This document shows, in pieces, positions 11,101 to 16,920 of a stretch of DNA of 21,363 bases. The translations under genes were made by a program, and so were the position numbers. The DNA lies in the NCBI GenBank assembly GCA_964619725.1, contig CAZUFC010000132.1, positions 1 through 21,363 on the forward strand, in the 5' to 3' direction. This DNA is from an uncultured bacterium (lineage in GTDB: Bacteria; CSSED10-310; CAZUFC01). Within the stretch, counting starts at the first letter, position 1, and each line of letters starts with the position of its first letter. The notes beneath the pieces are model-generated. The model saw only the letters and a program-made list of their open reading frames with translations. It was not told the origin of the DNA and did not search any database.

Positions 11101-14100
11101 CCTTCACGCCGTTGCCTACCGACACTCCGACGCCCGGTCCGGCAGGTCCGCCGGAATTTGCGGATCATGTTGAAATTAAAAAAGAGGCATTGAAGGTTCA
11201 GGCAATCGACTATCAGATGTCTGATCCTTACGGATCGGATTGGGATAAGGACGGCAAAATTGACCTGGTTTGCGGCCTGTACGACGGTCGGGTATTGTTG
11301 GGAATCAATACCGGTACGGCGAACGAACCGGCCATGGAAACGACTTCACACGTGCAATACGGCGGTTATGGCGACCTGGACGCAGGCTGGCACGCCGCTC
11401 CGATGCATTACGACTGGGATGCCGACGGCAGAAGAGACCTTTTGATAGGAGCAAACGACGGAACGGTTAAATTTTACCCCAATTCAGGAACCGATTCTTC
11501 TCCTGTTTTTAATTCGGTTTCAGACTTAGAGGCCGGATACGGAAATCTGGACGTAGGCAGCGATGCCAAACCCTTCGCGGTTGACTGGAACAACGACGGA
11601 AAAGACGATCTGATCGTAGGCGCTCATGACGGGCGTATATGGTTATTCACCAATACAGGCAGCGATACGTCGCCGGTTCTTGACGGAGGCCAGGCGTTGC
11701 AGGCCGGATATTCGACCATAGACCTGGACGGAGAAGCTGACCCTTGGGTGACTGACTGGAACGGCGACGGTAAAAAAGACCTGGTCGTCACGAACAGTTA
11801 TTCGCCTGCAGTTTTGTATTTCTTTGAGAACATCGGAACGGATGCTGCCCCGGAACTGGCTGATGCAGTTGAGTTTTACGGCGAAGACGGGCCGGTCGTC
11901 ATCACGCATGATTCAGGATGGTCGTGCGCGGATATGGATGGAGACGGAGACGAGGACCTGATGGTTACTACGAGTAATTCGTCACTGATGTATTATCCCA
12001 ATCATGGAACTGATGCCGACCGGATATACGAAAATGCGATCTATATCCCCGGTGAGAATCCCTCGCAGATATTCCGCATGGGAAAAGCTCCCCGAATTGT
12101 GGATTGGGATGAAAACGGCGCCAAGGACCTGCTCCTGAATACGGAATATAACGGTTCTCACTACGTCATTTTCAACACGGGAACTCCGGGCGATCCGAAA
12201 TTGACGGGACAGGTGTTATTGACGACTGAAATGGGTCCGAAAGTAGGATTCACTTATGATTATCGCTGTCCTGAAGTGATCGATTGGGATAATGACGGCA
12301 GAAAAGACCTCCTGGTTTCCAGGATTGACTGGAGCGGCGCCGGAGACATCTATCTTTATTTGAACGAAGGCGATAATTATGCTCCACAATTCGATACGCC
12401 GGTAAAACTGACTGCAGGATACGGCGATCTGGGCCCACAGGAAGTTATGGCGATAGAAACGGCGGACTGGAATTCCGACGGCAAGAAGGACCTTCTGCTG
12501 GGGTCCAACGTCTGGAATAACGGGTCTTTGCAGTATGTGTATCTGAACGAAGGAACCGACGCCTCGCCGCAATTTTCTACCGGAACGGTCCTGCAATACG
12601 GGACCCTGGGGTATGAATCGCCGATCCCCGGCGGATGGCGTTCCAATCCACATGTCTGGGATTATGAGGAAGACGGGGACCCCGATATCATGATCAACAC
12701 GAATGATTATGAAAGACGTCTCAGCCTTTACAGAAACACGGGAACGCCCGGGAATCCGGTTCTGGCGGATGAAGGATTCATTGAAGCCGGATACGGGTAT
12801 CTCGAAGGCGACTGCACCATATTCCCGGATGTGGTGGACTGGGATGAGGACGGCAGGAAAGACGTCATAATGGGCAACTGTCCCGGTATATACTTCTTCA
12901 AAAACAACCAGGCAGGCATTACATCGCCGCACGAACCAGCCGGATTCTCTGCGACGGAAGTCACGGAAAACAGCATAAGCATGACCTGGATCAATCCGGG
13001 AGACCTGGATTTCGCCGGCATCATAATCGTGCGCTCTGACGCTCCGATAACCTGGCGACCCTCCGATCGGCAGCATTATCATGTAACGCCGGGAGTCAAC
13101 GTAGCTCCAGGCATAGAAGTAGTCTACAAAGGCGACGACGATCATTCCGGAACTCCCTGGACCGATTCAGGCCTGGCAAGTGGAGAAACCTATTACTACC
13201 GGGCGTTCGCGAATGACTTGGTGTTGCCGGCCTATTCCGTGGCAGGTACCGAAATATCAGCGACGACCGATGCCGGTACGGCTACGCCGACGCAAACGCC
13301 TACTGAAGCAGCCACATCAACGCCCACATTATCGCCTACCGTGACATTAACTCCGACCAGGACCCCTTCACCGATATCGACAGCCACCCCTACTCCGACC
13401 AACATAGGAACCAAGACTCCTACGCCTACTCCCAGCAGCTCGCCTACCCCGGCTCCCGACCTGGTATTGCGCAGCCAGGATATTGAGTTCATCCCCTCCT
13501 ACCCGGAAGAAGGAGTATCGACACAGATCAATGCGACAGTTCATAATTTCGGCAACGCTGCAGCCGGGACTTTCACGGTAAGATTCTTCGCGGACGACGG
13601 CAGCGGACCGGTGCAGATAGGTTCGGATCACTCCGCAGGCCCGTTGAATCCGGGAGAACAGGAAACCGTTTCCGAAACCTGGACAGCGGCATGCGATACG
13701 GTCATATCCGCTCAGGCCGACGTGTTCAATGCCGTGACCGAATCGAACGAATTCAACAATACGGGACAGCGAGATGCGCCGATACTCTATTGTCCGGGGG
13801 CCGTGAGCATGTATATTGAACCGGAGATCATTGACGCCGCTGTAGGCGAAGAAGTTGAATACCTGGTGCATGTCGTCAACGGCAATCTCGGTACGGATAC
13901 GTTCGACCTCACGGTTTCGGGTTCATTGCCGGGAGCCTGGTACGCGCTCGATCCCGATCCGCTGATCCTTAATGCAGGACAGTCCGGGCATGCAACACTT
14001 ACGGTCACTGTTCCTGATGAATGCTCCGCTGTCGGAGATTATCCCTTCCAGGTACAGGCGGACTCGTTGCAGTTAAGCGAACAATACTCGGATAACGCTT

Positions 14101-16490
14101 CACTCACGGTAACAGGAGACATAGCCGTCACGCAACGCAATCCCGTTAACGGAACTACGACGGGAAGCCGGGACGTGACTTTCAGTTGGAATTCATCCGT
14201 TGAATCCGATTCCACGTTGTTCTACCGCGAACAGGGGGTGCCAGAGTGGATGGAAACGCCGGTTGAAGAAAACGCTACGGCGCATCTCATAGAAATACAG
14301 GGTCTCGAAAGAAATACCGCATACGAATGGTACGCCTACCTCGATTCGCTTTGCGGAACAACCACTACCGATACCTGGACATTCTCCGTCGGCAACGGCG
14401 TCGTATTCACTCAAGACTCCTACACGTTCACGGTCGAAAGGGACTACGACCAGCACGTCTTCGTCGGCGTGACCAATGAAGATGCCGTCAGCCACACGGT
14501 ACAACTGCATATAGAGAATCCCAACGACGAGCTGATCGTCAACTTCGTCGGTCCGGGAAGCGAAGATGAAACCGTTGTCCTGGCTGCCGGCGAAACGCGG
14601 GATATCGAGCTGGTTATTCACGCCCAGGATGTGCAGGATGAAGGAGAAGGTAAAGTTGAGATTTGCTTCGACGACCTGGTTCTCTCGCTGACCGCAGACG
14701 AAACCGGCGATCCCATAACCGATACAGCTCCTACGACGGTTTGCGTCACCTGGCCTTACATCGCCTTCGACCTCACCGAAGAAAGCTCCGATCCCATCAC
14801 CGAAGTTAAAACATGCCGCGTCTCCAATTCCGGCGATCCGCTTACAGACCTGTCCGTTAACGCTCTGGGCGACCTGACGGGCCGGTTGCTCTTCGTTCCC
14901 AGAATCGACCATTACAGGCTGGAAACTTCCGATTACATCGACTTCGATGTGGAACCGCTCTTCGAACCGGCCGAACCTCTGATGACAGGTGAAATACAGG
15001 CCGCTGCCGCCGGCGATGAAGTGACCCTGCCCCTGGAATTCAACTGCGAATCACCCAGATCGTTGTGGGAAGTCGTCGTTCTCGGTCCGGAACTCTGTTA
15101 TCCCATGGCCAACTGGTTTTGCACCAATCGGCCTTCCATTTCCATGAGCTTCGAAATTTCCGCGCCAGTACTGGAAGAAATCGAAACCGCAGTCGTGTAT
15201 ACCACGTTCCAGCCCCGCAGCAATGTGAGACCCCACTATATCGACCTCTTCATCAACGGCAACCTTATCGGTGAACTGGATGACATTATTCCTCACGGCA
15301 CTTACGGCTTCGCCTTCGATCCGGGATACCTCAACGTCAGTCCGGGAGGCTCCGCATCCAATACATTCTCCATAGTAACGCAACACTTCAACGGCGGTCA
15401 TTACGTCGTCTCAACAAACTCGCTGGTTGTGCTGACCCTTTCAGACATGTCGGTCTATATCTGCGCGGAAAGCCAGGAACAGGCCGACGACCTGGCGCCG
15501 ACCATGCCGAGCGTCTGTGAAGGCTATACCTTCGATCTTGATCCCAGGGTCCAGTCTGTGACCATCATGAACATGGACGAAGAACCCACGAGCGTTTTCT
15601 ATCCGGGCGAAACGGCGAAGATTCGGGTCAGAGGCGAAAATCCGCACCCATTCTACGCATACGGCGTCACTTACACGCTCAAAATTGATACGGACGGAGA
15701 TACGGGGACCCTGGAATACGACAGCCATAACGCGGATGAAGACTGGATTACCACTTTGCAGCACAACGACGAAGGATTCCATACCTGGAACTGGACTGTG
15801 CCTTCAGGAGCCCCGGATATCCAACTGACCGTCGAAGCCCATGAAACCGCAGATTACGATAACTGCTTCGATTGCCCCGGATGGAACTGGAACTTCCACG
15901 TCGGCGGAGGCATCACCGGTTACGTCCGTGAAGCAGGCTCCCTCGATCCCATCCAGGGCGCTACGGTTACAGCAAGCGGAGGATATTCCGATCCCGATGG
16001 ATCAGACCCCACAGGATATTACGAAATTCACCGGCTGCCCAACGGAACTTACGACGTAACCGCCGGCGCACAGGGCTTCGCACCCGAAACCCTCACCGGC
16101 ATCAGCGTATCAGGAAATATTCTCAGCAACATCGACTTCGAATTGACGACGCCTACAGTTACACCCACGCCCACAGTAACCAATACCCCGACGATTACTC
16201 CCACTCCCACCATCACCTCAACACCGACGCTGAGCGCCACGCCCACGTTAAGCGCTACGCCGACCCTCTCCGCCACGCCTACGCTTTCACCCACTGCCAC
16301 GCTTTCACCCACATCTACCGCCACCTGGTCGCCTACACAACCGCCGACTCAGACGCCTACTTCGCCTACGCCGACGATAACACCTGAACCCACTGCCGCT
16401 CCCATTCCCGCCGTCGGCCGATTCGGTGTGCTGATTCTTATCGCCCTTCTTGGAGTGATTCTTGTTGGAGGTAGAAAATATAGGAATTGA
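2124..16490 (+). CDS. Giant (~4,788 aa) cell-surface FG-GAP/VCBS-repeat protein: 5x[10 DxDxDG repeats + FN3-like + PT linker], CARDB, Ig-like domains, carboxypeptidase-regulatory-like domain, PT stalk and IPTL-CTERM-like anchor
   Basis: The ORF is open from 2034. The likely start is ATG 2124, which follows GGGAGGT (2112-2118) and precedes a hydrophobic signal peptide. Repeated D(W)xxDGxxD(L/I) motifs. CARDB-like PDL...ATVHNFG...ESNEFNN at ~13455-13770. GITGYV...GATV...GYYEI...GTYDVTA at ~15909-16145. C-terminus IPAVGRFGVLILIALLGVILVGGRKYRN. Confidence 0.93.
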   Translation: MNKGSALIFLLVAFYVFSGIFITSEDVFCDSPRIEGKELSLSQEAMDDKTGATKIVGKEGSANRGTVAPPVFDERVSIRRKTCSLEWTTWMDTFIQTEDWDSDGLIDIIVGRSDGKIQRVLNDGTQTEPHLKWGYYISDNSGNIDVGTDSAPFFFDWNADGRKDLLIGASDGTVEYYQNQGSASSPSFTGGSDLQAGYGTLDMGFNSRPFAVDWNNDGKDDLLVGCSDGNVRLFLNVGSQSTPSLDGGTDLAVGYEAIDVGYGSTPCVTDWDADGKKDLLVSSIYDGRILYYRNTGTDANPSFSSEEVLFDKDDVLTVPQLSTYGWSVTDLNGDGADDIVVSTPCSALIYYPNKGTNTNRIYEEALYLPGRDTSPMFGNDKALRVVDWDEDGRKDLFLDASFYGRHYVIFNTGTDGVPEFTRQLALTTTSDLMLGFHNNNYQSPEVMDWDNDGKKDILITVPDYDGFGDIYLFLNTGENYAPEFGNPQKLTSGYIDIGPERTTGIEIADWDSDGKKDLLLGSDQYMPSFGFYAYVCLNEGTDADPSFLSWTKLEYGGYGYAIPMNGQSSPHVWDYEEDGDPDIYISTRDGYGKLREYTNTGTPGAPHLEDGGYLQAGYGYVESECLPYTTVCDWDEDGRKDILVAECPGLYLYPNIQSGTSSPGEATGFAVQNVSANSVSMIWTNPSDVDFEGVLIFRSTSTITWKPSDRQRYHVVPGVETAPGVELVYKGADDHSSVPWTDSGLSSGVTYYYRLFVYDAVLPAYSVNGVEVSALTGGNTATPTPSPLPSDTPEATDTPTAGPAGPPEFGARTEIKLKAYRLRDEDWTSYTPFLTDWDLDGRMDLLAGNADGYLHICMNEGTVTEPHFADSTFVEAAYSDIDAGAHAAPQHFDWNADGKRDMLVGNSDGRVNYYRNQGLDDAPSFADGTPLQAGGANLDVGSYSSPFAFDWNNDGKDDLLSGASDGRVWLFTNTGSQTSPNLSSGSTLAVGYQTIDTGSYSKPWVTDWNGDGKHDLIVFGYVNYQRLRMLYYENIGSVSSPQLAEGVEIYNENSAVIPTRYTGWTFGDINGDGAEDLFCISRNSAAYFHPNHGTNTNRIYEEALYVPGDEPTVFLDPHTVPHVIDWDEDGAKDLYIKTGWNSPLYIFFNTGTDASPEISKHLLLTTTDSRLGYRFGDYQSIGIIDWDNDGKKDLLISAEDWSENGDVYLYLNTGENYDPEFDAPEKLTAGYVDLGPKAIRGVDVGDWNGDGKKDLLLGTNTGHYQTGYYQYVYINEGTDAAPEFSTGTVLKYRDGGYEFIIPGDWNSCPHIWDYEEDGVPDIVIAAKPEYERIKKFNNYGTAAAPVLHDDGYIEADYGYIDNNCIMHFDVADWDEDGKKDIIVGDCPGMFYYPNTQAAVTSPHEVWGMSASGASETSVSLNWNYPNDVDLAGVIIARSTSPIEWKPSDRQHYHVVPGVFVSPGVEIVYKGAGDYSSTPWTDGGLTEGTEYYYRAFTYDAVLPAYSVDGVQVSALTSGDTPTPTVTPSPTDTAAATHTPTPGPVGPPDFDNPVKIEREVFKMPQWGSRICFTDWDNDGKLDFLNGVQDGTVKLHMNIGTLEEPKLEESNTTLQAGYSTIDIGFDASPIHYDWNADGRRDLLVGTGAGGVMYYRNIGADDSPVFDSGIAMQAGGSTINVVNDANPFAIDWNNDGKDDLIVAGWSGYITLFINTGTQSSPVLAAGERIEVDGSPIVFYFDTVAWVVDWTGDGKKDLLVSRENGDDLYLYENEGTDAAPVFNQRTTLYDRNHPVLVNRWFFADIDNDSLDDLISTQSLFLMYYPNKGTEFDRIYEEAIYIAGEQPSTEFFGRTLSPRVIDWDENGAKDLLLSLGTYYSRNYVIFNTGTSAQPKLTGQRLLTTETGHFLGFSNSNYNTIDVIDWDNDGKKDVLATRKTNSGEVYVYLNTGDNCDPRFGDPEKLTYGYVDIGPYRVQGVTATDWNGDGKKDLLTASSSRGYVYLNQGVDESPVFTSTTQLYYNDSGYQYPIAFDGQSCSHVWDYEEDGDADILATVSGNSDRLTKYNNNGTPGSPYLVQDGTIPAAYGYVHGKNGLIPAVSDWDEDGRKDLIIGCRNLLYFYPNTQADQSSSAEVTDFNSTGASDYTVSMTWINPGINDFAGVIIVRSTETITWRPSDRQHYHVVPGTDVAEGVEVVYKGADDHSTVPWTDTGLNPGTIYYYRAFTYDAVLPSYSVEGAELAVLTSGDTPTPTPTSPPTDTPLPTDTPLPTDTPTPGPAGPPIFGDEIEITREVFTVGGSENMPWMTDWDNDGRKDLLLGRSDGRLFLCMNDGTAQKPSLQTGSYLTSGYSNIDVGTMSAPVHFDWNADGDRDLLVGNGNGKVVYYENYGSDSSPSYTSGTNLSGGYGELDVGQEARPFVVDWNNDDKDDIVVGNSSGYIYLFLNEGTQSSPSLGAGTALQAGGSPIDLEADARPWVTDWNGDGKKDLIASGNSNHILVLFENTGTDANPSFNSENILYIRNSSVGYLLRTGWALSDVDGDGYEDIVVITPRDAAVYHPNKGTDSDREYYEFHFFGGGVVESLNAYDRKAPRAVDWDENGQTDIMIRTHGRHYVALNTGTDGDWDMTGSLVLASENGHMFAFHNFEYNTPEIVDWNNDGKKDLLWTGEDEYDWGDIYLIRNIGDNYMPRFAEPEKLQNGYVDLGPDYEINAVEMHDWNNDGKKDLLIGTGYWHGPGNFTYVYINEGTDEAPEFSSGDKLYDYSTGYAVPIEGAAPSSPHIWDYEEDGDLDVLMSNDTTYHMLVKYINDGTPGSPHLNNEGYLEAGSYGYLTTDHMCFPEVCDWDADGRKDLIIGDSDGIFYHPNEQVSRTSPQDVISFEVAGASDNSISLTWQNPNDTDLAGMIIVRSTDPIAWRPSDRQHYYVLPGIEVAPGVEVVYKGLEDHSTVPWTDAGLTPGIVYYYRIFTYDKVLPAWSVDGSEVSALTSGYTPTQGPTSTPTFTPLPTDTPTPGPAGPPEFADHVEIKKEALKVQAIDYQMSDPYGSDWDKDGKIDLVCGLYDGRVLLGINTGTANEPAMETTSHVQYGGYGDLDAGWHAAPMHYDWDADGRRDLLIGANDGTVKFYPNSGTDSSPVFNSVSDLEAGYGNLDVGSDAKPFAVDWNNDGKDDLIVGAHDGRIWLFTNTGSDTSPVLDGGQALQAGYSTIDLDGEADPWVTDWNGDGKKDLVVTNSYSPAVLYFFENIGTDAAPELADAVEFYGEDGPVVITHDSGWSCADMDGDGDEDLMVTTSNSSLMYYPNHGTDADRIYENAIYIPGENPSQIFRMGKAPRIVDWDENGAKDLLLNTEYNGSHYVIFNTGTPGDPKLTGQVLLTTEMGPKVGFTYDYRCPEVIDWDNDGRKDLLVSRIDWSGAGDIYLYLNEGDNYAPQFDTPVKLTAGYGDLGPQEVMAIETADWNSDGKKDLLLGSNVWNNGSLQYVYLNEGTDASPQFSTGTVLQYGTLGYESPIPGGWRSNPHVWDYEEDGDPDIMINTNDYERRLSLYRNTGTPGNPVLADEGFIEAGYGYLEGDCTIFPDVVDWDEDGRKDVIMGNCPGIYFFKNNQAGITSPHEPAGFSATEVTENSISMTWINPGDLDFAGIIIVRSDAPITWRPSDRQHYHVTPGVNVAPGIEVVYKGDDDHSGTPWTDSGLASGETYYYRAFANDLVLPAYSVAGTEISATTDAGTATPTQTPTEAATSTPTLSPTVTLTPTRTPSPISTATPTPTNIGTKTPTPTPSSSPTPAPDLVLRSQDIEFIPSYPEEGVSTQINATVHNFGNAAAGTFTVRFFADDGSGPVQIGSDHSAGPLNPGEQETVSETWTAACDTVISAQADVFNAVTESNEFNNTGQRDAPILYCPGAVSMYIEPEIIDAAVGEEVEYLVHVVNGNLGTDTFDLTVSGSLPGAWYALDPDPLILNAGQSGHATLTVTVPDECSAVGDYPFQVQADSLQLSEQYSDNASLTVTGDIAVTQRNPVNGTTTGSRDVTFSWNSSVESDSTLFYREQGVPEWMETPVEENATAHLIEIQGLERNTAYEWYAYLDSLCGTTTTDTWTFSVGNGVVFTQDSYTFTVERDYDQHVFVGVTNEDAVSHTVQLHIENPNDELIVNFVGPGSEDETVVLAAGETRDIELVIHAQDVQDEGEGKVEICFDDLVLSLTADETGDPITDTAPTTVCVTWPYIAFDLTEESSDPITEVKTCRVSNSGDPLTDLSVNALGDLTGRLLFVPRIDHYRLETSDYIDFDVEPLFEPAEPLMTGEIQAAAAGDEVTLPLEFNCESPRSLWEVVVLGPELCYPMANWFCTNRPSISMSFEISAPVLEEIETAVVYTTFQPRSNVRPHYIDLFINGNLIGELDDIIPHGTYGFAFDPGYLNVSPGGSASNTFSIVTQHFNGGHYVVSTNSLVVLTLSDMSVYICAESQEQADDLAPTMPSVCEGYTFDLDPRVQSVTIMNMDEEPTSVFYPGETAKIRVRGENPHPFYAYGVTYTLKIDTDGDTGTLEYDSHNADEDWITTLQHNDEGFHTWNWTVPSGAPDIQLTVEAHETADYDNCFDCPGWNWNFHVGGGITGYVREAGSLDPIQGATVTASGGYSDPDGSDPTGYYEIHRLPNGTYDVTAGAQGFAPETLTGISVSGNILSNIDFELTTPTVTPTPTVTNTPTITPTPTITSTPTLSATPTLSATPTLSATPTLSPTATLSPTSTATWSPTQPPTQTPTSPTPTITPEPTAAPIPAVGRFGVLILIALLGVILVGGRKYRN
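2328..13270 (+). repeat. Five diverged tandem ~2.2-kb intragenic modules
   Basis: Modules begin with PPxF at 2328, 4539, 6756, 8946 and 11148 (spacings 2211, 2217, 2190, 2202 nt). The landmark W(K/R)PSDRQ falls at 4236, 6453, 8625, 10845 and 13053. Confidence 0.92.
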
Positions 16491-16534
16491 CCTCACCCCC
16501 CGGCCCCCTCTCCATGAATGGAGAGGGGGAGTCA
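16488..16534. repeat. REP-like GC-rich hairpin directly after the giant gene's stop codon (possible terminator or mRNA stabiliser)
   Basis: CCCCCTCTCCAT-GA-ATGGAGAGGGGG (16504-16529) is a 12-bp inverted repeat preceded by CCTCACCCC. It resembles the widespread CCCTCACCCC...CCTCTCC...GGAGAGGG REP class. There is no immediate U-tract. Confidence 0.65.
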
Positions 16535-16638
16535 GATTGGGTTATTTTATGCCTGATTGGGTAATTTCGTTGGGTTGTTTTATCCCTGATCGGGGGTTTT
16601 TGTTGGGTTCTTTTTCTTCTTTGTTTTTGTGGACTGAC

Positions 16639-16683
16639 CAACCCTGGGTTAGGAGGTGAAACATTACAACCCTGAAAGGGTTG
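16639..16683. repeat. REP-like short palindromes (CAACCCTGGGTT, CAACCCTGAAAGGGTTG)
   Basis: Two related AACCC...GGGTT hairpins at 16639-16650 and 16667-16683. Confidence 0.5.
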
Positions 16684-16920
16684 AACAGCAAGAAAAGCCC
16701 ATCTCCCTGTCGATAGTGCAAATTCTTCCCCATATATTTTTTTGCCGATAAGCCGAAAAATGTTCCCGGCAAAACCACTGTTTTCCCGTGGTCTCTATCG
16801 GCGTAATAAACCACATGCGGTTTCTTTTGTTCGGACGGGACAGGTCAGCATAAGGCTATTAATCATAAATTTTTTTCCATGTGCGTTATCGGAAAAATTA
16901 GCCCCATATGGCATGTCCCG

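Noticed and set aside
2124..16490. RHS/YD toxin, RTX protein or DGR target interpretation of the giant protein
   Set aside because: There are no YD repeats, RHS core or GGxGxD nonapeptides, and no reverse transcriptase or adenine-mismatched repeat pair. The protein ends in a membrane anchor.
2165..16496. Many antisense or alternate-frame ORFs inside the giant gene (e.g. 3382-4164, 9312-10034, 12216-13145, 14193-14912)
   Set aside because: These are shadow ORFs expected from codon bias and repeats of the sense gene, with no recognisable motifs.
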